From assembly GCA_965224705.1 (NCBI GenBank), contig OZ245056.1, forward strand, positions 2,752,001-2,816,000: DNA of 64,000 nt. The letters are read 5' to 3'. Under the pieces are notes generated by a model that saw only the letters and a program-made list of their open reading frames with translations, was not told where the DNA came from and did not search any database. Position numbers and translations under genes: made by a program. The DNA is from Spirochaetaceae bacterium. GTDB lineage: Bacteria > Spirochaetota > Spirochaetia > DSM-2461. Shown in pieces: positions 10,902 through 19,925 of the stretch. Position 1 is the stretch's first letter. Each line of letters begins with the position of its first letter.

Positions 10902-13037
10902 TTATCGCATGGGCCGCCGGGGAGAATTCTGACTGCGGGCGGGTTTCCAATCCTTTTTATCAGCATCAACCATGCTGAGGTTCAGTCGGCCCATTCGGTC
11001 AATTTCCACCAGACGCACCCTGACTTTCATTCCCTCTTTGACGACATCCTCCACCCTGTTCACGCGTTCGGTAGAAAGCTTTGAGATATGACACAGTCCT
11101 TCCTTTCCAGGAAGGATTTCTATAAAGGCACCAAAATCCATGATTCTTTTGACTTCACCTTCATAGACCATTCCGGATTCTGGTTCCGCAACAAGGGATT
11201 TAACCATATCAAGTGCAGCACGGGCACCCGTACTGCCATCCTTGGAGAAGATTGTAATCACACCGTCGTCATCAATGTTAACCTTACTGCCAGATTTCTC
11301 GCTGATGGCACGGATATTCTGACCGCCTGGACCTATGATGGAGCCAATTTTATCCACATCCACCTTGAATGTTTCGATTGCCGGTGCATATTCACTGATC
11401 ATCCCTGTTGGAGAACTGATAGTTTTTGACATCTCACCAAGAATATGCAATCTTCCTCGACAGGCCTGTTCCAGGGCATTTTTCATGACGTCGATACTGA
11501 TTCCATCAATTTTGAGATCCATCTGAAAGGCTGTGATGCCGGCTGCACTGCCGGTTACTTTGAAATCCATATCTCCCATATGATCTTCTTCACCAAGAAT
11601 ATCGGACAGTACGGCATACCTGTCTCCCTCGAAGATCAATCCCATTGCAATACCAGCCACGGGGGCTTTAATTGGAACTCCCGCAGCAAGCAGGGCCATT
11701 GTTCCGCTGCAAACAGTAGCCATGGAAGAAGAGCCGTTCGATTCAGTAATCTCCGAAACCACACGTATTGTATAGGGGAAGGTGTCCCTGGCCGGTAATA
11801 TGGGCTCAATGGCCCGCTGTGCTAAATGTCCATGACCAATTTCACGCCGTCCAGTCCCGGTGCGCCCGGTTTCTCCGACCGAGTATGGCGGAAAATTATA
11901 GTGCAGCATGAAATTCGACCGGCGATCGCCATCAATATCATCGAATATCTGTTCATCGTAGGTAGAGCCCAGGGTAACAATGCCAATTGACTGAGTTTCA
12001 CCGCGAGTGAATAGACTGGAGCCATGAGTACGGGGTAGAATCCCAATTTCTGATGTGATATCACGTATGTCAGCAGGTGTGCGGCTGTCACAGCGTTTAT
12101 TATCTTCAATTATCGATTTACGCATCATGGCAGACTGAATTTCACACAGCAATGCTTTGAAAACAGCTGAGCCATTCTCCCCATAAGCGTCAATTTCATC
12201 GGCGAACTGTTCAATGAGTTGGTTGTCAACATGCTGAACCGCATCAGATCGAGAGAATTTGTCGTCGAGAAAGAGAGCCCTGGCATAGAGAGGTTCAGCG
12301 GCTGTTCTCACCGCTTCCTCACAGCCCATTGGAGGCAGTGCCTCCGGCAGAGGAAGCTTTTTTTTGCCAGCTATTTCTGCGAAATCTTCAAGGAATTTAC
12401 AGAGATCTTTGAGAATACCTTCTCCAAAGGATAAGGCTTCCAGCATTCTTTCTTCAGGAACTTCGTTTCCCCCACCCTCAACCATGACAATACCTTTCTT
12501 GTTCCCAGCTATAACAAGATCAAGTTCCGATCTTTTCAATTGCTCGAATTCAGGATTGGCATACAGTTTTGAATCAATTGAAGCCACACGGATTGCTGCG
12601 ACAGGTCCATTAAAAGGAATGTCTGATACCATAACCGAGGCAAAGGCGGCCATCATGCCCACCACATCAGGAGGATTAATCTGATCGGCTGAAACAGTCA
12701 TGGGTATGACCTGGATGTCGCGTCCAAAACTTTTATGGAAGAGAGGCCTCATGGGCCTGTCGATGAGTCGGGAGACAAGGATCTCCTTGTCTTTGGGCCG
12801 CATTTCTCTTTTTATGAATCCTCCCGGAATTTTTCCGGCCGAGTAATAACGCTCATTGTAATCGACCATTAAAGGAACATAATCCATTCCCTCAACGACC
12901 TCTGAACCACAACATACGGTCGAGAGAACGGCACAATCGCCATATCGAGCCAGGACGGCTCCATTAGCCTGCCTGGCAATCTTACCAGTCTCGAGAATCA
13001 AGTCCCTGTCACCGATTTTTATACTTGCTGTATGCAT
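10902..13037 (-). CDS. pnp: Polyribonucleotide nucleotidyltransferase
   Basis: RLIDRPMRP, FTRGETQ, SNGSSSMA and DHMGDMDFKV motifs; KH and S1 domains. Confidence 0.97.
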   Translation of the reverse strand: MHTASIKIGDRDLILETGKIARQANGAVLARYGDCAVLSTVCCGSEVVEGMDYVPLMVDYNERYYSAGKIPGGFIKREMRPKDKEILVSRLIDRPMRPLFHKSFGRDIQVIPMTVSADQINPPDVVGMMAAFASVMVSDIPFNGPVAAIRVASIDSKLYANPEFEQLKRSELDLVIAGNKKGIVMVEGGGNEVPEERMLEALSFGEGILKDLCKFLEDFAEIAGKKKLPLPEALPPMGCEEAVRTAAEPLYARALFLDDKFSRSDAVQHVDNQLIEQFADEIDAYGENGSAVFKALLCEIQSAMMRKSIIEDNKRCDSRTPADIRDITSEIGILPRTHGSSLFTRGETQSIGIVTLGSTYDEQIFDDIDGDRRSNFMLHYNFPPYSVGETGRTGTGRREIGHGHLAQRAIEPILPARDTFPYTIRVVSEITESNGSSSMATVCSGTMALLAAGVPIKAPVAGIAMGLIFEGDRYAVLSDILGEEDHMGDMDFKVTGSAAGITAFQMDLKIDGISIDVMKNALEQACRGRLHILGEMSKTISSPTGMISEYAPAIETFKVDVDKIGSIIGPGGQNIRAISEKSGSKVNIDDDGVITIFSKDGSTGARAALDMVKSLVAEPESGMVYEGEVKRIMDFGAFIEILPGKEGLCHISKLSTERVNRVEDVVKEGMKVRVRLVEIDRMGRLNLSMVDADKKDWKPARSQNSPRRPMR

Positions 13038-13047
13038 TCTATATCCT

Positions 13048-13317
13048 TTATTTCCTCAGACCAAGCTTCACGATGAGTTCACGATATCCTTCAAGATTCT
13101 TTCGTTTCAGGTAGCGCAGCAGGCGACGGCGCAAGCCAACCATCAGCAGCAGTCCGCGTCGGGACGCATGATCTTTCTTATGCGATAAAAAATGACCTTT
13201 AAGGTCTTCAATTCGTCTGGTTAAAAGAGCAATTTGAACCTCTGTACGTCCAGAGTCGTTTTCATTCTTTCCGTATTCACGCACGATGGCGGATTTGTCT
13301 TCTTTGGTGAGAGCCAA
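13048..13317 (-). CDS. rpsO: 30S ribosomal protein S15
   Basis: [28 protein letters not shown] start after AAGGAG. Confidence 0.97.
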   Translation of the reverse strand: MALTKEDKSAIVREYGKNENDSGRTEVQIALLTRRIEDLKGHFLSHKKDHASRRGLLLMVGLRRRLLRYLKRKNLEGYRELIVKLGLRK

Positions 13318-13488
13318 GACATTTCTCCTTGTCAGTAATAGTCAGAGTGAAGTTTAACACCCTCCGGCCTGTTCAATGATCCGGGTCATAAATCTGCCAA
13401 TAAGGGTATTAATCCGATGCAGGGGGAAGCCGGTCAACAGTCTTCGGCTTCCCACAAAATCAGAACTCATTGGCCCATGAAAACTTAC

Positions 13489-13517
13489 ACAATACCAGAT
13501 GATCCAGCCTGTGTCAA
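13489..13517 (-). promoter_or_regulatory. rpsO promoter TTGACA-17-TATTGT followed by a ~165-nt leader
   Basis: -35 at 13517-13512, -10 at 13494-13489 on the minus strand. Confidence 0.55.
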
Positions 13518-13615
13518 GAGTGGGGGGGCATACCGCACAGGGTAATTGCATCTAATTCTGTCCCAAAAAGAATGAAAAACACTGATTTTCGAGGTCAATG
13601 GAAATTTTTATCTAG

Positions 13616-13668
13616 GAGTCTGTCGGATTTTAAGGCTTCGAGCCGTGAGACGTAAATCCGACAGGCTC
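13616..13668. mobile_element. 53-bp GAGTCTGTCGG-ended miniature element (shortest copy with both ends)
   Basis: GAGTCTGTCGGATTT...AAATCCGACAGGCTC flanked by CTAG/CTGG; homologous to 43391-43677 and 61093-61201. Confidence 0.8.
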
Positions 13669-13707
13669 CTGGTGTCTCAAAGAATGTGGAATCTCCTCAA
13701 AGCGGCA

Positions 13708-13930
13708 TTAAACCGCAGAGAACGCAGAGGTACGCAGAGAGATATAGGGCAGCTCTTAAAACCGCTTAGAGCTGCCCGTGGGCGCATGGACGCACCCACA
13801 TTTTGGGCAAAACGCCAAAAAATGGAGAAAAAGTCTTACTTTAGTTCGGGTTTTTTCGTCTCTATAGCATAAACAGATTGGTCAACATTTATCTTGAACA
13901 CTCTGCGCTCTCTGCGTCCTCTGCGGTTAA
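13708..13930. repeat. CGCAGAG-triplet inverted-repeat (REPIN-like) unit interrupted by a 115-bp insert
   Basis: AACCGCAGAG-AACGCAGAG-GTACGCAGAG at 13711-13740, inverted partner at 13901-13930; insert 13748-13862 flanked by TATAG repeats. Confidence 0.75.
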
Positions 13931-14041
13931 AAACCCATGAATAAGGCTTTGAAGAACACTCTGGCTAGTGGATTTTAGATGCGATTGCCCTCCATACCGC
14001 AGGAGGGAAAGCTTTCACAGAGCTGCCTCAGCAGGATTCTG

Positions 14042-15895
14042 TCAGCGGCTTCGCTCCGCTAACAGAACCAGCAGCCGCAGTTCTTCCTCATCAAAGGCTG
14101 CGTTCCATTTATTGATGAAATCAGCACTTCGGGCAATCTGGGCAATCGCCATGAGACATTGAAGATGAAAATTCCGTTCGGCCATGGAACCTGCCAGGGC
14201 GAATACAATTGTTGGTTCACTCTGTCCATTCTCAAATGTCACTCCCTGACTGGCTCGAACCAGCACGATTTCAAAACTCTCCTCGTCGTCCAGAACAATG
14301 TGGGGGATGGCCAGATGATCTGAAACCTGGGTGGTGGATTGGGCGTCCCGTATGATGAGTTTTTCAAGGATTTCATTATAGTCCGTCTTCAACCGCAGGG
14401 AAAATGCGGTTGCCAGCTTTTCAAAAAGCTCTTTGCAGGTAAGATGTTCTGACACATCCAGAATGATGGCCTTGCGGATGAGTCGATCGAAACGATCGGT
14501 AGAAACGCCATCACGTTCTATAAGAATATCGGTCAATTCATCAGCCAATCTTGAGCTTCTTAATTCCTGAGCTACGATGCGTTCAACAATTCGAAAGAGG
14601 GCGGAATCCCGTTTCGGGCTTCCCCGGCGGTAAATTATGGTCCAGATTGTTGTGACGACGAAAAAGCCTGCCGAAAGCATGAGGGGCAGAGATCCCATGG
14701 AATATATCAGCAAGGCGGAAATGAGAATGCCTGTGATGGGCAGAATTGGATAAAGTGGAGCTTTGAACAGTGGACGGTAGGAGACAATGCGGCTTTCCCT
14801 CATCAGTATGAGTGAAAGATTAACAAGAAGGAAGAGAATGAGTTTCATTGTTGAAGCGACTTTGACAAGATCAGGCAGATCCAGAATCAGAATTACCAGG
14901 GCCATGAAACAGCCGGTTATTAGAATTGCTGGAACGGGTACTCCGCGAGAATCTATTTTTCCTGACCAGGCAGGAAGAAGCCCGTCCCGGGACATAGCTG
15001 CCGGGTTCTGAGAGGCTGAAAGAATTGCCGCATTCGCCGTTGTCGCGAAAGCGATTAATGCCGCAACAGCCAGCAGGATGGCACCGGGCTGACCGACGAT
15101 TACTGCGGCACCTTCCGACAGGGGCATCAGGGTATGCCTGAAAGCCTCTGCATCAAGCAGGTTGACCGTGACCGTAATCGCAAGTACATATATCACAATA
15201 ACTATGGTAAAACTCAATATCATTCCGTACGGCAGGGTTTTCCCCGGATTTTTGACTTCATGAGCCACAGCGGCCACTTTAGTTAAACCTCCGAATGATA
15301 TAAACACCATGCCCGTCAGCGGCAGTATATCGCGAAAACTCTCAGGAATGAATCTTTTGATTTCCATCGGAGCACTCCGTATCCCGCCCGCAATTATGTA
15401 GGCTGCCAGGATGAGAATCAGTGCTCCAACCATGATTACCTGAGATTTGGCCGAACCATGCACCCCGGTAAGATTGATGAGAGTAAAAACCACCACAAAA
15501 CCCAATGCGATAAACTTGTAGGTGATTGGAGAGGTGGAGGGGTTTATCAGAGTCCAGAAAGCTCCGATACCCACCAGAGCGAAAGATCCTTTGAGAGCAA
15601 TGCTGAACCAGCCCGCAAACCCTGCAAATGATCCAAGCAATGATCCAAGGCTTCGTTCAACAAAAAAATATGTACCACCGGATTTTGGCATGGCCGTAGC
15701 CAGTTCGGCCTTGGCCAGTAATGAAGGAATCATCATTGCACCAGCCAGAAGATAGGTTATTACCACACCATAACCAATTTCTGCGAAAATCACTGCCGGC
15801 AGGACAAAGAGACCGGAGCTTATCATCGCTCCGGCAGCAATACTGAAAACTTCCAGCATACCAAGCGATTTATTGTGCTTCAGTTGAGACGACAA
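14042..15895 (-). CDS. APC-family amino acid permease fused to a C-terminal PTS EIIA (fructose/Ntr-type) domain
   Basis: GAMISSGLF and ELATAMPKSGG APC motifs, ~12 TM; C-terminal RDAQSTT...AIPH EIIA motif; TTG start after AGGAG. Confidence 0.85.
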   Translation of the reverse strand: MSSQLKHNKSLGMLEVFSIAAGAMISSGLFVLPAVIFAEIGYGVVITYLLAGAMMIPSLLAKAELATAMPKSGGTYFFVERSLGSLLGSFAGFAGWFSIALKGSFALVGIGAFWTLINPSTSPITYKFIALGFVVVFTLINLTGVHGSAKSQVIMVGALILILAAYIIAGGIRSAPMEIKRFIPESFRDILPLTGMVFISFGGLTKVAAVAHEVKNPGKTLPYGMILSFTIVIVIYVLAITVTVNLLDAEAFRHTLMPLSEGAAVIVGQPGAILLAVAALIAFATTANAAILSASQNPAAMSRDGLLPAWSGKIDSRGVPVPAILITGCFMALVILILDLPDLVKVASTMKLILFLLVNLSLILMRESRIVSYRPLFKAPLYPILPITGILISALLIYSMGSLPLMLSAGFFVVTTIWTIIYRRGSPKRDSALFRIVERIVAQELRSSRLADELTDILIERDGVSTDRFDRLIRKAIILDVSEHLTCKELFEKLATAFSLRLKTDYNEILEKLIIRDAQSTTQVSDHLAIPHIVLDDEESFEIVLVRASQGVTFENGQSEPTIVFALAGSMAERNFHLQCLMAIAQIARSADFINKWNAAFDEEELRLLVLLAERSR

Positions 15896-16016
15896 GCAGA
15901 ACACTCCTTCCTATGCTTAATGATTACCTTCACGCTCTGATTTGTCAATGCTCATGCGTGGTATATCGGATAAGGATCTTTATCTCGTTTGATTAAAATG
16001 GAACCAGGCCCCCGGG

Positions 16017-16886
16017 CTACAACAGGCTTCCTGACACCTGGAAAACTATTCTATAGACCCATTGACCAGCAACTCTGTCAAGCAGAGCAACATCAATCCC
16101 CTGCTCATTCTGAACGAAAACCATATCGGCATCAGGCGGCAGGAACTCCGGTATACTTCGTATTGGGCGGCCGACATTCATTGCTTCAGCGACAGATTTT
16201 TGAACCATTATAAAGGGGATTCCTATTACTTCAAAAAAAGTCTCCGCTGACAATCCTTCATCAGATGTCATTTCAACCGTAAAGGGACCGATAGCCGTAC
16301 GGCGAAGCTCTTCACAATAGGCCCTGCTGTTACAGGCCAATCCCAAATCCCGTGCCAGAGATCGGATGTATGTTCCTTTTGAACATTTTATTCTTAGATC
16401 CAGATCCGGAGAATTCCAGGAAATGATTTCACAGATGTATATATGGACTTTCCGTTCCGGTAGTACAGGATGCAGTCCCTGGCGAGCACTTTTATAGGCT
16501 CTCCTGCCATTTATCTTGATTGCAGAAAAGATGGGGGGAGTCTGTGTAATTTCCCCCTTGAAGCTTTCCAGTGCTGTGAGTATTTCTTTGTATTCCGGAA
16601 TATCAGAACAGGCAACTATTCGTCCGTCCTTATCCAGGGTATCTGTTTCTTCACCGAATCGAATTCTAGCCAGATACTCCTTTGGCATTTCAGAAACCAA
16701 AGAAACCGCTCTGGTCATTTTACCGGACATAGCTATTAACAATCCCGTTGCAAAGGGATCCAATGTACCGGCATGACCTGCTTTCTGAGTGCCAATTCTT
16801 TTTTTCAGGTTATCAAGGGCTCCAAAGCTTGAGATACCCTCACACTTGTCCAGCATGTAGACTTTTGATTGATGCAAGTCTGTCAC
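16017..16886 (-). CDS. truB: tRNA pseudouridine(55) synthase
   Basis: GHAGTLDPFATG, PPIFSAIK and CSKGTYIRSLARD motifs. Confidence 0.96.
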   Translation of the reverse strand: MTDLHQSKVYMLDKCEGISSFGALDNLKKRIGTQKAGHAGTLDPFATGLLIAMSGKMTRAVSLVSEMPKEYLARIRFGEETDTLDKDGRIVACSDIPEYKEILTALESFKGEITQTPPIFSAIKINGRRAYKSARQGLHPVLPERKVHIYICEIISWNSPDLDLRIKCSKGTYIRSLARDLGLACNSRAYCEELRRTAIGPFTVEMTSDEGLSAETFFEVIGIPFIMVQKSVAEAMNVGRPIRSIPEFLPPDADMVFVQNEQGIDVALLDRVAGQWVYRIVFQVSGSLL

Positions 16887-16889
16887 GGG

Positions 16890-17252
16890 TTATTCAGAAT
16901 GGTCATTCTTTATTACTTGATCAATGAGCCTGTTAACTTCAAGACTTTTACGAACTGATTTATCAGAAACAAAATACAATCGAGGTGTGTTTCTAAATCT
17001 GATTTCCTGACCTATACGCGACTGAATGAAGCCTGCTGCATGAGCTAATCCCTGAACAGCTCTCATTGTAGCGGTTTCCCCGCCAAATGAACTCACCCAG
17101 ATTCGAGCCGAAGTGAGATCTTTCGAGACTTTTACCTGTGTCAGTGTAATCGAAGAATCAACCCTAGGATCCTTGAGTATTCCCAACATAATGAGAGTAC
17201 TGACTTTTTCCCTGATCAGACTTTCCACTCGCCGCCGACGGATATCATTCAC
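16890..17252 (-). CDS. rbfA: Ribosome-binding factor A
   Basis: KDPR, VSKDL and RNTPRLYF motifs; lies between infB and truB. Confidence 0.93.
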   Translation of the reverse strand: MNDIRRRRVESLIREKVSTLIMLGILKDPRVDSSITLTQVKVSKDLTSARIWVSSFGGETATMRAVQGLAHAAGFIQSRIGQEIRFRNTPRLYFVSDKSVRKSLEVNRLIDQVIKNDHSE

Positions 17253-19899
17253 TCTTCCCTGATTCTCCCAAACTCTTACTTATTTCCCGAACCTCAAGTA
17301 CCTCAATAACATCTCCAATTTGTATATCCGAAAACTGCTCAAGACCAATCCCGCATTCATAACCCTCTTTGACTTCCTGGGCATCATCCTTGAATCGCTT
17401 GAGAGAAGACAGATTTCCAGAGTGTACAACAACACTGTCACGAATAAGATTGACTTTGCTCTTACGTCTGATCACACCGGAAGTCACCATGCATCCGGCA
17501 ATCGTTCCGATTTTCGGAACTTTGAATGTTTCACGAACCTCAACTTTTCCAATAGCAATGTCTTCAATATCCGGTGTCAGTAGACCTTCCATGGCAGCTT
17601 TTATATCTGCAACAGCCTCGAATATGATACTGTATTTCCTGATTTCCACATTCAATTTCTCAGCGACTGTCAGGGCCCGGGCTGTCGGGCGGACATGAAA
17701 TCCTACAATAATGGCATCGGAAGCCGATGCTAAATTGACATCATCCTCAATTATTGCTCCAGCAGCCGCTCGAATACACACCAGCTTGATTTCCTCATTG
17801 CTGAGATCTTCCAGAGTATTCTTGAGAGCCTCAACAGATCCATGAACATCACCTTTTATTATAACCTTGAGTTCCTGTAATTCCCCTTCCTGCATTGAAT
17901 CATATAAACTGTCCAATGTGACTTTTTTGACATTTCGAGCCGTTTCCATTTTTCTGAGTTCCTGACGCTTTGAACCGTACTGACGTGCTTCTTTCTCATT
18001 TTCAGTCACTTGAAAGGGATCACCAGCACCAGGAACTCCAGAGAATCCCAGTATTTCAACCGGCATGGCGGGAGTTGCCTTTTGAATCGGCACTCCATTG
18101 TCGTTGAACATGGCTCTTACTTTCCCGTGGTATATACCTGCAACAAATGAATCGCCAACATTGAGAGTACCATTCTCCACCAGGACAGTGGCGACAACAC
18201 CTCTTCCCTGATCAACTCTGGATTCAATGATTTTGCCCTCAGCCCTGCAATCCCAGTCAGCTTTCAGTTCCAGCATTTCGGAAACAAGGATCAAGGTAGC
18301 AAGAAGTTCTTTGAGTCCCTCCCCTTTCAATGCCGATATTTCTACGAACTGGGTTGATCCGCCCCATTCTTCAGGAATCAAGTCATACCTTGAAAGCTGT
18401 TGTTTGACTCGTTCTGGATCAGCATTCGGCAGATCCATTTTATTGATCGCAACTATGATTGGAGACTCTGCTGCTCTGGCATGCTCAATTGCCTCTATTG
18501 TTCGCGGCATCACACCATCGTTGGCGGCAACAACCAGGACAACCAGGTCTGTAATCTGTGCCCCTCTGGCTCGCATCATTGTAAAAGCCGAATGGCCAGG
18601 AGTATCAAGAAATGTGATATCTCCTTCAGGACTGTGAACCATGTATGCACCTATATGCTGGGTAATGCCGCCATGCTCCCCTGCGATGACATCGGTGTTG
18701 CGGATGGCATCAAGGAGTTTTGTTTTACCATGATCAACATGTCCCATTACAGTAACGATGGGAGGTCTCTGCTTTGTAATGCTGTTGCTATCCCTGTCTG
18801 ATTCAATGATTGTTTCATCATAAAGACTGACTATGTTGACCTTGCAGTCATAGTCATCAGCTAGAATAGTTGCTGTTTCTGCATCGATTTGCTGATTAAT
18901 CGTCACCATCATACCCATACCCATAAGCTTGGAGATAAGATCGGATGCCCTGAGATTCATCTTTCTGGCAAGAGCAGATACAGTGACCACTTCCATGATA
19001 TCAATTCTCTTAGGAACAGGATTGGTCTGCATAACCTGTTTTTTCTTTGAATACTGGTAAAGTTTTTCCTGCTGTTCCTTGTGCTTATCATAGATTTTTT
19101 TGGCCTTATAGAATTTCTTCCCCCGATTGGCGGTCGGCGGGGGGGGAGGCACAGAAACACCACCAGTTCGGGGACCGGGAGTGTTCCCGGTCCCGTGACG
19201 CCGTATTCCACCCGATCTGTCTCCTCCCAATCCAGTGCCAGGTCTCCTGGAAGCAGTCCGATTTGACTTTGGGGCATTTGGATCCGGGCGGCCATGGGGA
19301 GTATTCCGATCAAAGTTTCCCGAACGAGATCCGCGATTATACCCGCCTGTCCGGGCCTGTTGAGTCCCTCCCTGCGGCCTCTGCCCGCTTCCCGGACGTT
19401 GAAATCCTCCATTCACCCGGCGGCCCGCTACAATTCCAGCCCGTCCTCCCATCCGTTTCACCTCAAGAGTCTGCACGCCTCGAGTCTCTGAATTCCCAGG
19501 GGGTGATGGCAGTGTATCCTTTCCAGAACCTATCCGTTCGAATGAGACTGATTTATTCTCAGCGACCGCTGGTTTGGGCTGGAACGTTTCTTCTGTCTGC
19601 CCTCGGTTCTCTTCCAGCCTGCGCTGAACTTCAGTCTTCGGTGTTTTTGATTGTTGACTGAGCGCTGGTTTTGGTGGATCTGTTTTCTTCTCAGGCTGTA
19701 CTTTGTTTTCAGCTTCTGTTTTGACCGCAGTATTGTCCGGTTTCTTTTCACTGCTCACTGCTGGAGTGATTGTTTGGGGCGGCTTCTGTTTACTCTTCTT
19801 TATGACCACAACCTTTTTTCTGGTTCGGACAGGTTCACTATCTTTCCGGTGTTTGATAAGAGTTGCCTTAGGCTTTTTATTGCTAAGATTTTCTGCCAT
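17245..19899 (-). CDS. infB: Translation initiation factor IF-2
   Basis: MGHVDHGKT, GGITQHIGAY, DTPGH and NKMD motifs. Confidence 0.97.
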   Translation of the reverse strand: MAENLSNKKPKATLIKHRKDSEPVRTRKKVVVIKKSKQKPPQTITPAVSSEKKPDNTAVKTEAENKVQPEKKTDPPKPALSQQSKTPKTEVQRRLEENRGQTEETFQPKPAVAENKSVSFERIGSGKDTLPSPPGNSETRGVQTLEVKRMGGRAGIVAGRRVNGGFQRPGSGQRPQGGTQQARTGGYNRGSRSGNFDRNTPHGRPDPNAPKSNRTASRRPGTGLGGDRSGGIRRHGTGNTPGPRTGGVSVPPPPPTANRGKKFYKAKKIYDKHKEQQEKLYQYSKKKQVMQTNPVPKRIDIMEVVTVSALARKMNLRASDLISKLMGMGMMVTINQQIDAETATILADDYDCKVNIVSLYDETIIESDRDSNSITKQRPPIVTVMGHVDHGKTKLLDAIRNTDVIAGEHGGITQHIGAYMVHSPEGDITFLDTPGHSAFTMMRARGAQITDLVVLVVAANDGVMPRTIEAIEHARAAESPIIVAINKMDLPNADPERVKQQLSRYDLIPEEWGGSTQFVEISALKGEGLKELLATLILVSEMLELKADWDCRAEGKIIESRVDQGRGVVATVLVENGTLNVGDSFVAGIYHGKVRAMFNDNGVPIQKATPAMPVEILGFSGVPGAGDPFQVTENEKEARQYGSKRQELRKMETARNVKKVTLDSLYDSMQEGELQELKVIIKGDVHGSVEALKNTLEDLSNEEIKLVCIRAAAGAIIEDDVNLASASDAIIVGFHVRPTARALTVAEKLNVEIRKYSIIFEAVADIKAAMEGLLTPDIEDIAIGKVEVRETFKVPKIGTIAGCMVTSGVIRRKSKVNLIRDSVVVHSGNLSSLKRFKDDAQEVKEGYECGIGLEQFSDIQIGDVIEVLEVREISKSLGESGKSE

Positions 19900-19925
19900 T
19901 ACTATCTGTTCAACCTGTTCCTGAA

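Larger units (their letters stand above)
13538..13992. mobile_element. Non-autonomous MITE with ISAs1-like ends and nested elements
   Basis: TIRs CAGGGTAATTGCATCTAA / TTAGATGCGATTGCCCTC (15/18 match); 9-bp direct repeat CATACCGCA at 13529-13537 and 13993-14001; no transposase. Confidence 0.8.

Noticed and set aside
19139..19147. G-rich run in infB as a phase-variable tract
   Set aside because: Encodes an in-frame poly-proline stretch in an essential, intact gene.
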